Shown here piece after piece: positions 53,340 through 64,000 of a DNA stretch of 64,000 nucleotides (position 1 is its first letter; each line of letters starts with the position of its first letter). Both the position numbers and the translations under genes were made by a program. The DNA is from Eledone cirrhosa. Lineage: Eukaryota. The stretch spans positions 356,128,001 through 356,192,000 of the forward strand of contig OZ024742.1 of the NCBI GenBank assembly GCA_964016885.1, read 5' to 3'. The notes beneath the pieces are model-generated. The model saw nothing but the letters and a program-made list of their open reading frames with translations, did no database searches and was not told the origin of the DNA.

Positions 53340-53974
53340 CCATTTGTATATATTTCTCCTTGGAGCAAGTAGAGCCAATTTCCTGTTGAATCTCTTCCAT
53401 ACCATTATAGTTGAACTCCTTTCCAATAAAGTTAGTATAGCATGGCTCTAGCTGAGAGGCAAGCTTCTCTACTTCACTAAGCATTGTCACTCTCACACTC
53501 TCACCCTCTTCTTCTCTCTCACACTTCCCTCTCTTCATCTATCACATACTCTTTTCATATGTAGCTCTTTCCCTCTTTATCTCCTCACAAGCCTTTCATT
53601 TTTACTCTCTTGCTTTCTTTCTTGCCTCTCTCTCTCTCTATCTATCAATCCCCTTTTCTCTCTATCCCTCTCTCTTGCTCCCGACTCTATCTCACTTCCC
53701 CCTTCTCTCTCCCCCCGCCCCTTATATCTATACCTCATTTCCCCTTCTACCCCCCCCTTATCCCTCTTCTCTATCTCTCTCCCCATCTACCCCTCTCTCT
53801 CTCATTATCGATCTGTTATAGCTATGTTAATATCCACCTTCCTCTCTTTCAATATTTTCTCTACTCTGTTCCATCTCTTTGCTGACATGTCCATCTCTTT
53901 GCTGACATGTCACTTTTTTCTGTTTACAGACACGTGCACACACACCACACCACACCGCGTCGCGCACACACACA

Positions 53975-54050
<76 letters not shown>

Positions 54051-54455
54051 ACGCACACACTTTATTTGCATTTCACAATGCTCTGTTTTTTCTTTCTTTA
54101 TATAATTTTCTTTCTATTTTTATTCAGTCTTTATCTAATTTTCCCCAGCATATTTCTTTCATCGTTTCTCAATCCCTCTCAATTACCCATCTCTATAACC
54201 CTCCATTACCCCTCTCTATAACCCTCCATTACCTCTCTCAATCCCTCTCTATTATCTCTCTCAATCCTCCTCCATTACCTCTCTCAATCCCCCTCCATTA
54301 CCTCTCTCAATCTCTCTCAATCCCCTTCCATTACCTCTCTCAATCTCTCTCAATCCCCTTCCATTACCTCACTCAATCCCCCTCCATTACCTCTCAATCT
54401 GTCTCTATACCCCTCCATTACCTCTCTCAATCCTTCTCTATTATCTCTCTCAATG
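53095..54455. repeat. Microsatellite/minisatellite block: (TA)/(CA), CT-rich, (CA)n and a ~22-bp ccattacctctctcaatccc minisatellite
   Basis: Directly visible low-complexity arrays. Confidence 0.9.
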
Positions 54456-54966
54456 ATACTTCATACATTCACACAACTAGTGTACACTTGCTGTTATCTC
54501 TTGTGTTAATCAATAGGAAGAGATGGAAAACAAAGAAAAACCTAAAGAGAGCCTTAGTTGTATGTATTTTACTATGATAGTTATTGATGGTATGTAATGT
54601 TCACAGCACATCAAGCCAATCGTATGAGTTATTTCACTGAAGCCATCAAACTTTATCAATAATACTACTTTATCTTGTATTTCAAACAGTAAGTCCTTAC
54701 CTTACAATCATTCTACTTATGAACTTCTGCAGATACAAACAGTATCATGAAGAAAAGAAAAATTGTCAGACATTATATTCGCATTTTGGGGGGTTCTTTT
54801 GGGCCCTGGGTTACTTCTTTTGCAACATATAAAAGGGTTCCGCCTTTTGCAGCATAAAAAAAGGGTTCCTTCTTTTGCAGTATAAAAACAAGTTGGAATC
54901 ATACCTGTGGTATGCAATACCATTCTGCTTTCGCAGAATTAAAAGAGCACATTTTTCTTTAACAAT

Positions 54967-57057
54967 TTGTCATTAGTTTTACATTATATAATTCATTATT
55001 ACAATAAGGTAGATGAAGCAGTCAAGGCCAAGAGACAGGCATGGAAAGAATGGAAGAACGGGGGGAGCAGGGTACATTACATAGAGACCAAGAGGGAAGC
55101 TAGGCGACAAGTATACTTAGCTAGGAGGGAAGCAGAGGATAGAAAATTCAAGCATGTTTTACAACGTGAGGACCAGAAACAGGAGGTATTCAAGATTGCG
55201 AGGCAGTGTGTCAGAGATAGTTGTGATGTCATTGGAGAGAAGTGTATCCGGAATGATAAAGGTGAGCTTGCCCTCACAAGTGCTGAGAAGAAAGATGCAT
55301 GGAAGAGTCATTATGATAGATTACTAAATGAGGAGAATGCATGGGAAGAAGAGACCCTACCCCACGTAGACCCTATAGAGGGACCAGCAGTACAAGTCAG
55401 CGGCAGCGTAGTAAGTAAGGCAATCAGAGATATGAAGATAGGGAAGGCAACCGGTCCATCGGGTATAGCTGCCGAGATGCTGAAGGCATCTGGGTCTGTA
55501 GGTCACACTATAACCACACGTATCGTTAACCAGGTAATACTAGAGGGGGCCATACCAAAAGATTGGTGCAGTAGCATCATTGTCAACTGCTACAAAGGTA
55601 AAGGCGATGCACTAGATAGAGGAAACTATAGAGGTATAAAGTTGATGGACCAGGTCATGAAAGTAACAGAAAGAGTTATAGCACAGCTGATTAGGAACCG
55701 GGTGAATATAGACGAGATGCAATTTGGGTTTGTACCAGGGAAAGGCACCACTGATGCCCTCTTCCTTGTGAGGCAATTACAGGAAAAGTACCTAGCTAAA
55801 AGTAAGCCACTCTACTTGGCATTTGTCGACCTTGAGAAAGCCTTTGACAGAGTTCCACGTGCAGTAATCTGGTGGGCTCTTAGAAAACTAGGAGTAGATG
55901 AATGGCTTGTTAAAGCGGTACAAGCCATGTATAGGGGAGCAGTCAGCAAAGTTAGGATTGGCAATGAGTATAGCGAGGAATTTAGCGTACAGGTTGGGGT
56001 CCACCAGGGCTCTGTTCTTAGCCCTCTCCTGTTCATCATAGTCCTGCAGGCAATAACGGAGGAGTTTAAGACCGGATGCCCATGGGAACTCCTGTATGCT
56101 GATGACCTCGCACTCATAGCTGAATCTATGGTAGAACTAGAGAATAAATTCCAAACCTGGAAGCAGGGACTAGAGAGAAAGGGCCTCAAAGTCAACATGA
56201 CAAAGACTAAGGTCCTTATAAGTAGACGAGAAAACAGAACCCAGATCCCCTCAGGGAAATGGCCTTGCTCAGTATGTAGGAAAGGTGTAGGTAGGAACTC
56301 CATTCTCTGCCCCAAATGCAAACAATGGGTACACAAGAGATGTAGCGGGATCTCAGGAAGCTTAATTAAGAATGTAGGATTCACATGCAGCAGCTGTGCT
56401 GAAACAGCAAGCAAACAGCCACAGGAAACAAGTACCACCAATCTCTGGGAGGGCCCTGTAGAAACAGTAGACAGCTTCTGCTACCTAGGTGACCGAATTA
56501 GCAACGGAGGTGGGTGCTCAGAAAGTACAATAACTAGGGTAAGAACGGGATGGAAGAAGTTTAGGGAACTACTACCACTGCTAGCTGCAAAAGGCTTCTC
56601 CCTCAGAATGAAAGGCAGACTGTATGATGCGTGTATCCGAACAGCGATGTTGCATGGTAGTGAGACCTGGGCGCTGAAGGTGGAAGACTTACGTAGATTA
56701 GAGAGAAACGAAGCCTGCATGCTCCGATGGATGTGTAACAGTAATATACGTGAACGACAAAGCATAAAGGAATTGAGAGAGAGACTGAACATAAGAGGAA
56801 TCAAATGCTGCGTGCAGGAGAGGCGGTTACGCTGGTATGGACATGTGATGCGTATGAAGGATGACAGCTGCATAAAAAGGTGCAGAGCACTAGAAGTTGA
56901 TGGAAACCGCGGAGTGGGGAGACCCAAGATGACTTGGGATGAGGTGATAAAAGCTGACCTTACCCAACTACACCTCTCAAAGTCAATGACACACGACCGT
57001 GACTTCTGGCGTCACGCAGTAATACAGGGTACCCGACCTCCCATGGGTACATGCTGA
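54967..57057 (+). CDS. RTE LINE ORF, partial: RT domain, PHD-like zinc finger and C-terminal region; no APE endonuclease or native start
   Basis: 696 codons containing GPSGIAAEMLK, YRGIKLM, QFGF, FVDLEKAFDRVP, GVHQGSVLSPLLF, LYADD, CSVC..CPKC..H..C..CSSC, FCYLG and RLRWYGHV. The first ~12 codons are flanking DNA. Confidence 0.85.
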   Translation: MSLVLHYIIHYYNKVDEAVKAKRQAWKEWKNGGSRVHYIETKREARRQVYLARREAEDRKFKHVLQREDQKQEVFKIARQCVRDSCDVIGEKCIRNDKGELALTSAEKKDAWKSHYDRLLNEENAWEEETLPHVDPIEGPAVQVSGSVVSKAIRDMKIGKATGPSGIAAEMLKASGSVGHTITTRIVNQVILEGAIPKDWCSSIIVNCYKGKGDALDRGNYRGIKLMDQVMKVTERVIAQLIRNRVNIDEMQFGFVPGKGTTDALFLVRQLQEKYLAKSKPLYLAFVDLEKAFDRVPRAVIWWALRKLGVDEWLVKAVQAMYRGAVSKVRIGNEYSEEFSVQVGVHQGSVLSPLLFIIVLQAITEEFKTGCPWELLYADDLALIAESMVELENKFQTWKQGLERKGLKVNMTKTKVLISRRENRTQIPSGKWPCSVCRKGVGRNSILCPKCKQWVHKRCSGISGSLIKNVGFTCSSCAETASKQPQETSTTNLWEGPVETVDSFCYLGDRISNGGGCSESTITRVRTGWKKFRELLPLLAAKGFSLRMKGRLYDACIRTAMLHGSETWALKVEDLRRLERNEACMLRWMCNSNIRERQSIKELRERLNIRGIKCCVQERRLRWYGHVMRMKDDSCIKRCRALEVDGNRGVGRPKMTWDEVIKADLTQLHLSKSMTHDRDFWRHAVIQGTRPPMGTC

Positions 57058-57363
57058 AGCATATAAACAATATGCCCCCACTCCCCCCACCGCAAGGTGG
57101 TCGTGGAGGTGCCATGGCAAAAAAGCACCCAGCCCACACTGTAAAGTGGACGTGTAGGCGCCACGAAAAAGCACCCAGCACTCACTGTAAATGAGGTTGG
57201 TGTTAGGAAGGGCATCCAGCTGTAGAAATCAAGCCAGATCAGTTCCTGTATGAGCAAGGCATGGTCAGCCGACCAGACACTGCCCACAACAGGACAACCC
57301 GTCTAACCCATGCTAGCGTGGAAGAACGGACGTAAAACGGTGATGATGATGATGATGATGATG
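55001..57363 (+). mobile_element. RTE-clade LINE subfamily A, 5'-truncated, young copy
   Basis: Uninterrupted RT frame, 3' UTR and (GAT)n tail. Possible TSD tatataattc at 54985 and 57367. Confidence 0.95.
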
Positions 57364-57383
57364 TTATATATAATTCTATATAC

Positions 57384-57422
<39 letters not shown>

Positions 57423-57451
57423 CATGTTATAAATACGTTTATTTACTATAT

Positions 57452-60400
57452 ATCATCATCATCATCATCAACGTTTAACGTCTGTGTTCCACGCTTGCAT
57501 GGATTTGGACGGGGGTTTTCCCACTTGAGGCAAGAGTGATTATCTTGCTCGCATAGGACTATCTGGTGGGTTTTCTACAGATGGATGCCCTTCCTAACAC
57601 CAACCACATTTACAGTGTGGGGCTGGGAGGTTTTTACCGTGTTGCCTACACGACCACATTACAGCGTGGACTGTGTGTTTTTTGACGTGACACCTACACA
57701 ATCTCATTTGTTTCGGCCTGGATGTTGTGGCACCAACATAACTTTACATTGAAAGGGGTGGTGTGGATGGGGTGGGGTTGGTGGGACGGGGGTGTATTTT
57801 GTTAGAGATGCCTACTGACTGTAGTAGGTTTTACTTTGTATTTAGGTAAGGCGGGTCTTCTCTATTACTGTGTACCGCCAAAGGTCTCGGTCCAGTGACA
57901 TTGTCTTGGTGAGGTGTAAGTGTGTGAGGTCGGAATTTATCAGCTCGTCCCAGGTTTTTCTGGGTCTGCCTATTCCGTGGCTACCGTCTATCTTTATTGC
58001 CATGCACTTTGTTATACAGCTATCGTATTCATGTGCATCACGTGACCATACCAATGTAGACTTCTCTCGAGTAAACAACATCTGATTCCTCTTATTTCTA
58101 ATTTATTCCTTAGTTCGTTTATGCTTTGCCGTTCATGTATATTACTATTACACATCCAGCGGAGCATGGAAGCTTCGTTTCTCTCTAGTCTGCGTATATC
58201 CTCTGCACACAATGCCCAGGTCTCACTGCCATGCAACATTGCTGTTCGTATGCAGGCATCATACAACCTGCCTTTCATTTTTAGGGAGAACCCTTTAGCG
58301 GCTAATAGTGGTATAAGCTCTCTGAACTTTTTCCATCCAGTTCTGACTCTAGCTACTGTACTTTCAGAGTACCCTCCCCCACTGCTGATTTTGTCACCCA
58401 GGTAACGGAAGCTGTCCACTATTTCTATAGAACCCTCTGCGCAGTTGAAAGAGCTAGTATTTTGTGGGCACTTGCTGCTACTTATTGCACCAGAGCACCG
58501 GCCACATATAAAATCTATGTTCTTAGTTAGCTTACCTGTGATCCCATTACATCTTTTATGCACCCATACTTTGCATTTTGGACACAAAATGGAGTTTCTA
58601 CCTACGCCTTTCCTACACACTGAGCATGGCCACTTCCCGGAAGGGACTGCCGCCTTATTTTCTTTCCTACAAACTAGTACTTTGGTCTTAGCCAGGTTAA
58701 TTTTAAGGCCTTTTGATTCTAGGCCGTGCTTCCATGTTTGGAATTTCTTCTCTAGCTCGGCCATTGATTCAGCTATGAGTGTTAGGTCATCTGCGTATAG
58801 GAGTTCCCATGGGCAACCGGTCTTGAACTCCTCTGTTATAGCCTGAAGGGCAATAATAAATAGTAGGGGGCTGATAACAGAGCACTGATGGGCGCCAACT
58901 TTTACGCTAAACTCTTCATTATATTCGTTGTTAATTCTAACCTTGCTGACTGTTTCTTTATACATGGCTTGTATAGGTCTCACAAGCCATTCGTCAACAC
59001 CTAGTTTTCTAAGAGCCCACCAGATAATGGAACGGGGGACTCTGTCGAAGGCTTTCTCCAAGTCGACAAAAGCTAAGTATACGGGTTTACTTTTAGCTAG
59101 GTACTTCTCCTGTAGTTGTCGTACAATGAAAAGAGCGTCTGTGGTACTTTTGCCTGACACAAACCTGAACTGCATTTCATCTAGATCAATTCTCTCTCTG
59201 ATTAGTTGCGCTATTACTTTTTCCGTGACCTTCATGACCTGGTCGATTAATTTAATGCCTCTATAGTTACTCCTATCTAGGGCATCTCCTTTACCCTTTA
59301 ACAGTTAACGATTATGCTGCTACGCCAGTCCTTCGGAACAACCCCATTCTGAACGACTTGGTTAACTACCTGGGTGACCATGGTGTGTCCAACCGTACCA
59401 GATGCCTTCAGCATCTCGGCAACAATTTCCGAAAGGCCAGACGCCTTACCCGTCTTCATATCTTTGATTGCCTTACTTATTATACTACCCTCGACTAACA
59501 CTGCTGGTCCCTCTATTGGATCGATGTGGGGGAAACTATCTTTCTCCCATTTATTCTCCTCATTTAGTAGCCTTTCATAGTGACACTTCCAAGCTACCTT
59601 CTTATCAGCGTCGGTGATGGCATGTACGCCGTCATCATTAAATACACACTTCTCCCCGACAATATTACGGTTTTCCTTGACACATTGCCTATCAATCCTG
59701 AACACCTCACGTTTTTGGTCCTCACATTGTAGAACATGCTTGAACTTTCTTTCCTCTGCTTCCCTTCTTGCGAAGTACACTTGTCTCCTAGCTTCCCTGC
59801 TGGCCACTTGATAGTCTTCTCTGCTTCCCCCATCCTGCCATATTTTCCAAGCCTGCTTTTTGGCCTTAATTGACCCCTTCACCTTACTGTTCCACCACCA
59901 TGTTACTCTCCTCCTGCCTACAGGCCTGCTCCAGCCACAGACTTTGTCTGCCGCCATCAGCAGGTTTGCTTTCAGGAATTCCCACTGCTCCTCTATATTG
60001 TACGACTCTAATTGCTCTTCCTTACTGTCGAAAGCATCAAGTAGTATACTTTTGAATTTATTTCTGGCTGTGGGGTCCTTTAGCTTCCATATTTTTCTCC
60101 TGAGGATAATCCTCTTCTGTTGTCTAGTACGTCTCGTCCTGACTATTAGGTCGCTAATTATCAGTCTATGTTGAGAGGTGCATTCTTCATGGGGGAGGGA
60201 TTTAGTGTTTACAACAGACACTCTGTCACGTCTTCTGGTAAGGATATAATCTACCTGGCTTGTGTGTTCCCCCGATCTATAGGTGATCAGGTGATTGTCA
60301 CGCTTTTTGAAGTTAGTGTTACAGATAGTTAGGTTATTTGCATCACAGAATTCCAGGATTCTGGAGCCTTCCTCATTTCTAGTACCAAACCCATAGCCTC

Positions 60401-60459
60401 CATGGATTTCGTCGTAGCCGTCACAATGTTGTCCAACGTGACCATTTAGGTCGCCTGCA
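57452..60459 (-). mobile_element. RTE-clade LINE subfamily B, 5'-truncated within the APE domain
   Basis: ORF 59298-60503 has the APE C-terminal motifs GDLNGHVG, NT.F.K, ITY.SG, SQVDYIL and SQHRL. ORF 58012-59235 has RT (YADD). (CAT)n tail at 57452. Confidence 0.95.
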
Positions 60460-60487
60460 ATATATATATATATATTATATATATATA

Positions 60488-62725
60488 TCATCATCATCAT
60501 CAAGGTTTAGCGTCCGTGTTCCACGCTTGCAGGGGTTTGGACGGGGGTTTTCCCACTTGAGGCAAGAGTGGTTGTCTTGCTCGCATAGGACTGTCTGGCG
60601 GGTTTTCTACAGCTGGATGCCCTTCCTAACACCAACCACATTTACAGTGTGGGGCTGGGAGGTTTTTACTGTGTTGTCTACACGGCCACATTTACAGCGT
60701 AGACTGTGTGGTTTTTGTCGTGACACCTACACGATCTCATTTGTTTCGGCCTGGATGTTGTGGCACCAACATAACTTTACATTGAAAGGGGCGTTGTGGA
60801 TGGGGTGGGCGTGGTGGGACGGGGGGTGTGTTTTGATAGAGATGCCTACTGACTGTAGTAGGTTTTTACTTTGTATTTAGGTAAGGCGGGTCTTCTCTAT
60901 TACTGAGTACCGCCAAAGGTCTCGGTCCAGTGACATTGTCTTGGAGAGGTGTAAGCGTGTGAGGTCGGAATTTATCATGTCGTCCCAGGATTTTCTGGGT
61001 CTGCCTACTCTGTGGCTACCGTCTATCTTTATTGCTCTCCACTTTGTTATACAGCTGTCGTCTTTCATGCGCATCACGTGACCGTACCAACGTAGCCTTC
61101 TCTTGAGTAAACAACATCTGATCCCTCTTATTTCTAATTTTTTCCTTAGTTTATTTATGCTTAGCCGTTCACGTATATTACTATTGCACATCCAGCGGAG
61201 CATGCAAGCTTCGTTTCTCTCTAGTCTGCGTATATCCTCTGCACACAATGCCCAGGTCTCACTGCCATGCAACATTGCTGTTCGTATGCAGGCATCGTAT
61301 AACCTGCCTTTCATTTTTAGGGAGAACCCTCTAGCGGCTAACAGTGGTATAAGCTCTCTGAACTTTTTCCATCCAGTTCTGACTCTAGCTACTGTACTTT
61401 CAGAGTACCCTCCCCCACTGCTGATTTTGTCACCCAGGTAACGGAAGCTGTCCACTATTTCTATAGAACCCTCTGCGCAATTGAAAGAGCTAGTATTTGT
61501 GGGCACTTGCTGCTACTTATTGCACCAGAGCACCGGCCACATGTAAAATCTATGTTCTTAGTTAGCTTACCTGTGATTCCACTACATCTTTTATGCACCC
61601 ATACTTTGCACTTGGGACATAAAATGGAGTTTCTACCTACGCATTTCCTACACACTGAGCATGGCCATTTCCCGGAAAGGACCGCTGCCTTATTTTCTTT
61701 CCTACAAACTAGAACTTTAGTCTTAGCCAAGTTAATTTTAAGGCATTTTGATTCTAGGCCGTGCTTCCATGGTTGGAATTTCTTCTCTAGTTCAGTCATT
61801 GTTTCAGCTATGGGCGTTAGATCATCTGCGTATAGGAGTTCCCATGGGCAGCCAGTCTTGAACTCCTCTGTTATAGCCCGAAGGGCAATAATAAATAGTA
61901 GGGGGCTAAGAACAGAGCCCTTATGGACACCAACTTTTACGCTAAACTCTTCACTATATTCGTTGTTAATTCTAACCTTGCTGACTGTTTCTTTATACAT
62001 GGCTTGTATAGCTCTCACAAGACATTCGTCAACACCTAGTTTTCTACCAGATAATGGAACGGGGGACTCTGTCGAAGGCTTTCTCCAAGTCAACAAAAGC
62101 TAATATAGGGGTTTACTTTTAGCTAGGTACTTCTCCTGTAGTTGTCGTACAATGAAAAGAGCGTCTGTGGTACTTTTGCCTGACACAAACCCGAACTGCA
62201 TTTCATCTCGATCAATTCTCTCTCTGATTAGTTGCGCTACTACTTTTTCCGTGACCTTCATGACCTTGTCGATTAATTTAATGCCTCTATAGTTACACCT
62301 ATCTAGGGCATCTCCTTTACCCTTGTAACAGGTAATGATGATGCTGCTATGCCAGTCCTTCGGAACAACCCCATTCTGTATGATTGGTTTACTATCCGGG
62401 TGACCATGGTGTGTCCCACCGTTCCAGAGGTTTTCAGCATCTCAGCAATTATTTCCGAAGGCCCAGCTGCCTTACCCGTCTTCATATCTTTGATTGCCTT
62501 ACTTATTATACTACCTTCGACTAACACTGCTGGTCCCTCTATTGGGTCGATGTGTGGGAGACTGTCTTTCTCCCATTTGTTCTCCTCATTTAGAAGCCTT
62601 TCGTAGTGACACTTCCAAGCTACCTTCTTATCAGCGTCAGTGATGGCAAGTATGCCATCATCATTAAGTACACACTTCTCCCCGACAATATCACGGTTTT
62701 CCTTGACACATTGCCTAGCAATCCT
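60488..62725 (-). mobile_element. RTE-clade LINE subfamily B, 5'-truncated, tandem with the previous copy
   Basis: ORFs 62303-62824, 61461-62096 and 60877-61506 carry frameshifted RT and C-terminal motifs. (CAT)n tail at 60488 next to (TA)n. Confidence 0.95.
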
Positions 62726-62806
62726 GTAAACAAACTGACTGCCTGAATTTATGCCGTACGGTGTTAAGTCAACCACGTCACCTTTTTGTTCAACACTGAC
62801 ACAGGA

Positions 62807-62849
62807 ACGATGTACTAGTTTCAAGCTTCTTAGCTATCATCAGCACCGT
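62807..62849 (-). ncRNA. Minimal type I hammerhead ribozyme, intact
   Basis: Minus strand: acggtg-CTGATGA-t-agct aaga agct-t-GAAAC-ta-GTA-catcgt. Confidence 0.85.
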
Positions 62850-63050
62850 ATACCCTTCTGCCAGATGGTTGAAAGTTCGAAAGTATATACTTTCCTTATG
62901 AAAATTAACGGATGAGCAGCCTAATTTGCATATCGAGTGAGTTCAGTCGGCCAGGCGCACCGAAAACGATAAGTTGTAATAAAATGAAAACGAAATTTCA
63001 TTTCTCACTCTATATACTTTCGAACGTTCAACCATCTGGCAGAAGGGTAT

Positions 63051-63093
63051 ACGGTGCTGATGATAGCTAAGAATCTTGAAACTAGTACATCGT
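63051..63093 (+). ncRNA. Minimal type I hammerhead ribozyme, intact core
   Basis: acggtg-CTGATGA-t-agct aaga atct-t-GAAAC-ta-GTA-catcgt, with one stem II mismatch. Confidence 0.82.
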
Positions 63094-63240
63094 TCCTGTG
63101 TCAGTGTTGAACAAAATGGTGACGTGGTTGCTTTAACACCGTACAGCATAAATTCAGGCTGTCAGTTTGTTTACAAACCGACAAAGCGGGCGTTATAATA
63201 AACGTCCGTTAAACTGATACGTACATATATGTATGTGTAC

Positions 63241-63293
<53 letters not shown>

Positions 63294-63409
63294 TGCTACT
63301 GTACGTCTGTATACATATATGTATGTACGTATACATACATACTTACATTTAAGTAAGTGCCGTACTAAGAGTGAGAAATGAAATTTCATTTTCATTTTAT
63401 TACAACTTA

Positions 63410-63470
63410 TATATATATTATATATATATATATATATATTATATATTATATATATATATTATATATATAT

Positions 63471-63523
<53 letters not shown>

Positions 63524-63655
63524 TTATATATATATAATATATATTATATATATTATATATATATATATTATATATTTATATATTTATATATATTTATATA
63601 TTATATATTTATATATTTATATATATTTATATATTATATATTTATATATTATATA

Positions 63656-63689
<34 letters not shown>

Positions 63690-63694
63690 TTATA
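63410..63694. repeat. (TA)n-rich microsatellite
   Basis: Directly visible. Confidence 0.97.
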
Positions 63695-63910
63695 GATGTG
63701 AGAAAAACCACAGACCCTCCATCTCAACTCACCTTTTGAAAAGCAGACGAATTACGAAACCGGTAAATGAACCAAATAAATATATATATTTTTAAAAAAA
63801 AATAAGACTTCAGTTGCATTTTCGATTTCATCTCTTTTTCTTTATATTTTCACTCGTGTAGGACACCTCGGTTATTTTTCATTTTGTAAAAAAAACCTCA
63901 CTTTCTAATA
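63695..63910 (+). mobile_element. pLTR/retrozyme-like repeat with a variant hammerhead (63733-63768)
   Basis: Second copy of 51822-52035. Reads ctt-TTGAAAA-gcag acgaa ttac-GAAAC-cg-GTA-aat and is flanked by (TA)n on both sides. Confidence 0.55.
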
Positions 63911-63948
63911 TATATATATATATATTTATATATATTTATATATATTAT

Positions 63949-64000
<52 letters not shown>

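Larger units (their letters stand above)
62725..63175. repeat. 165-bp-arm inverted repeat (62725-62889 / 63011-63175), each arm carrying a hammerhead
   Basis: The arms are reverse complements with a few mismatches, around a 121-bp spacer. 62969-63011 is additionally inverted at 63368-63410. Confidence 0.92.

Noticed and set aside
53062-53538. 158-aa ORF with a short complex stretch (LSEVEKLASQLEPCYTNFIGKEF)
   Set aside because: Mostly microsatellite-derived. The unique part is too short and I do not recognise it.
55812-56927. Long antisense ORFs over the RTE copies (also 27438-28596, 58121-59266, 61103-62103)
   Set aside because: Shadow frames of the RT coding sequence with no independent motifs.
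63371-63739. Ile/Tyr-rich ORFs
   Set aside because: Translation of (TA)n.

Overview
AT-rich, repeat-dense animal genomic DNA, probably intronic or intergenic. The repeat families resemble those of octopus/coleoid cephalopods (inference). I cannot support any host protein-coding exon, tRNA, rRNA or CRISPR array. The window holds: six copies of an RTE-clade LINE in two subfamilies, with (GAT)n tails and a PHD-like Cys/His insert after the RT, one keeping an uninterrupted ~685-codon RT frame; a 5'-truncated R4/Dong-like non-LTR element with a restriction-like endonuclease, sitting in a (CATA)n microsatellite; three Penelope-like GIY-YIG fragments; many tRNA-derived SINEs (Nin/Deu-domain and CORE-like); piggyBac-type MITEs; a non-autonomous Helitron; other LINE 3' remnants; and micro/minisatellites that explain most of the short ORFs. 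The most interesting signal is about 12 minimal type I hammerhead ribozyme motifs from several unrelated families, found by eye. Several sit inside inverted repeats: two opposed hammerheads in a 165-bp inverted repeat joined to the 5' end of an RTE copy, and one hammerhead preceded by a perfect antisense copy of its own core. Coordinates were read by eye and are approximate to within a few bases.
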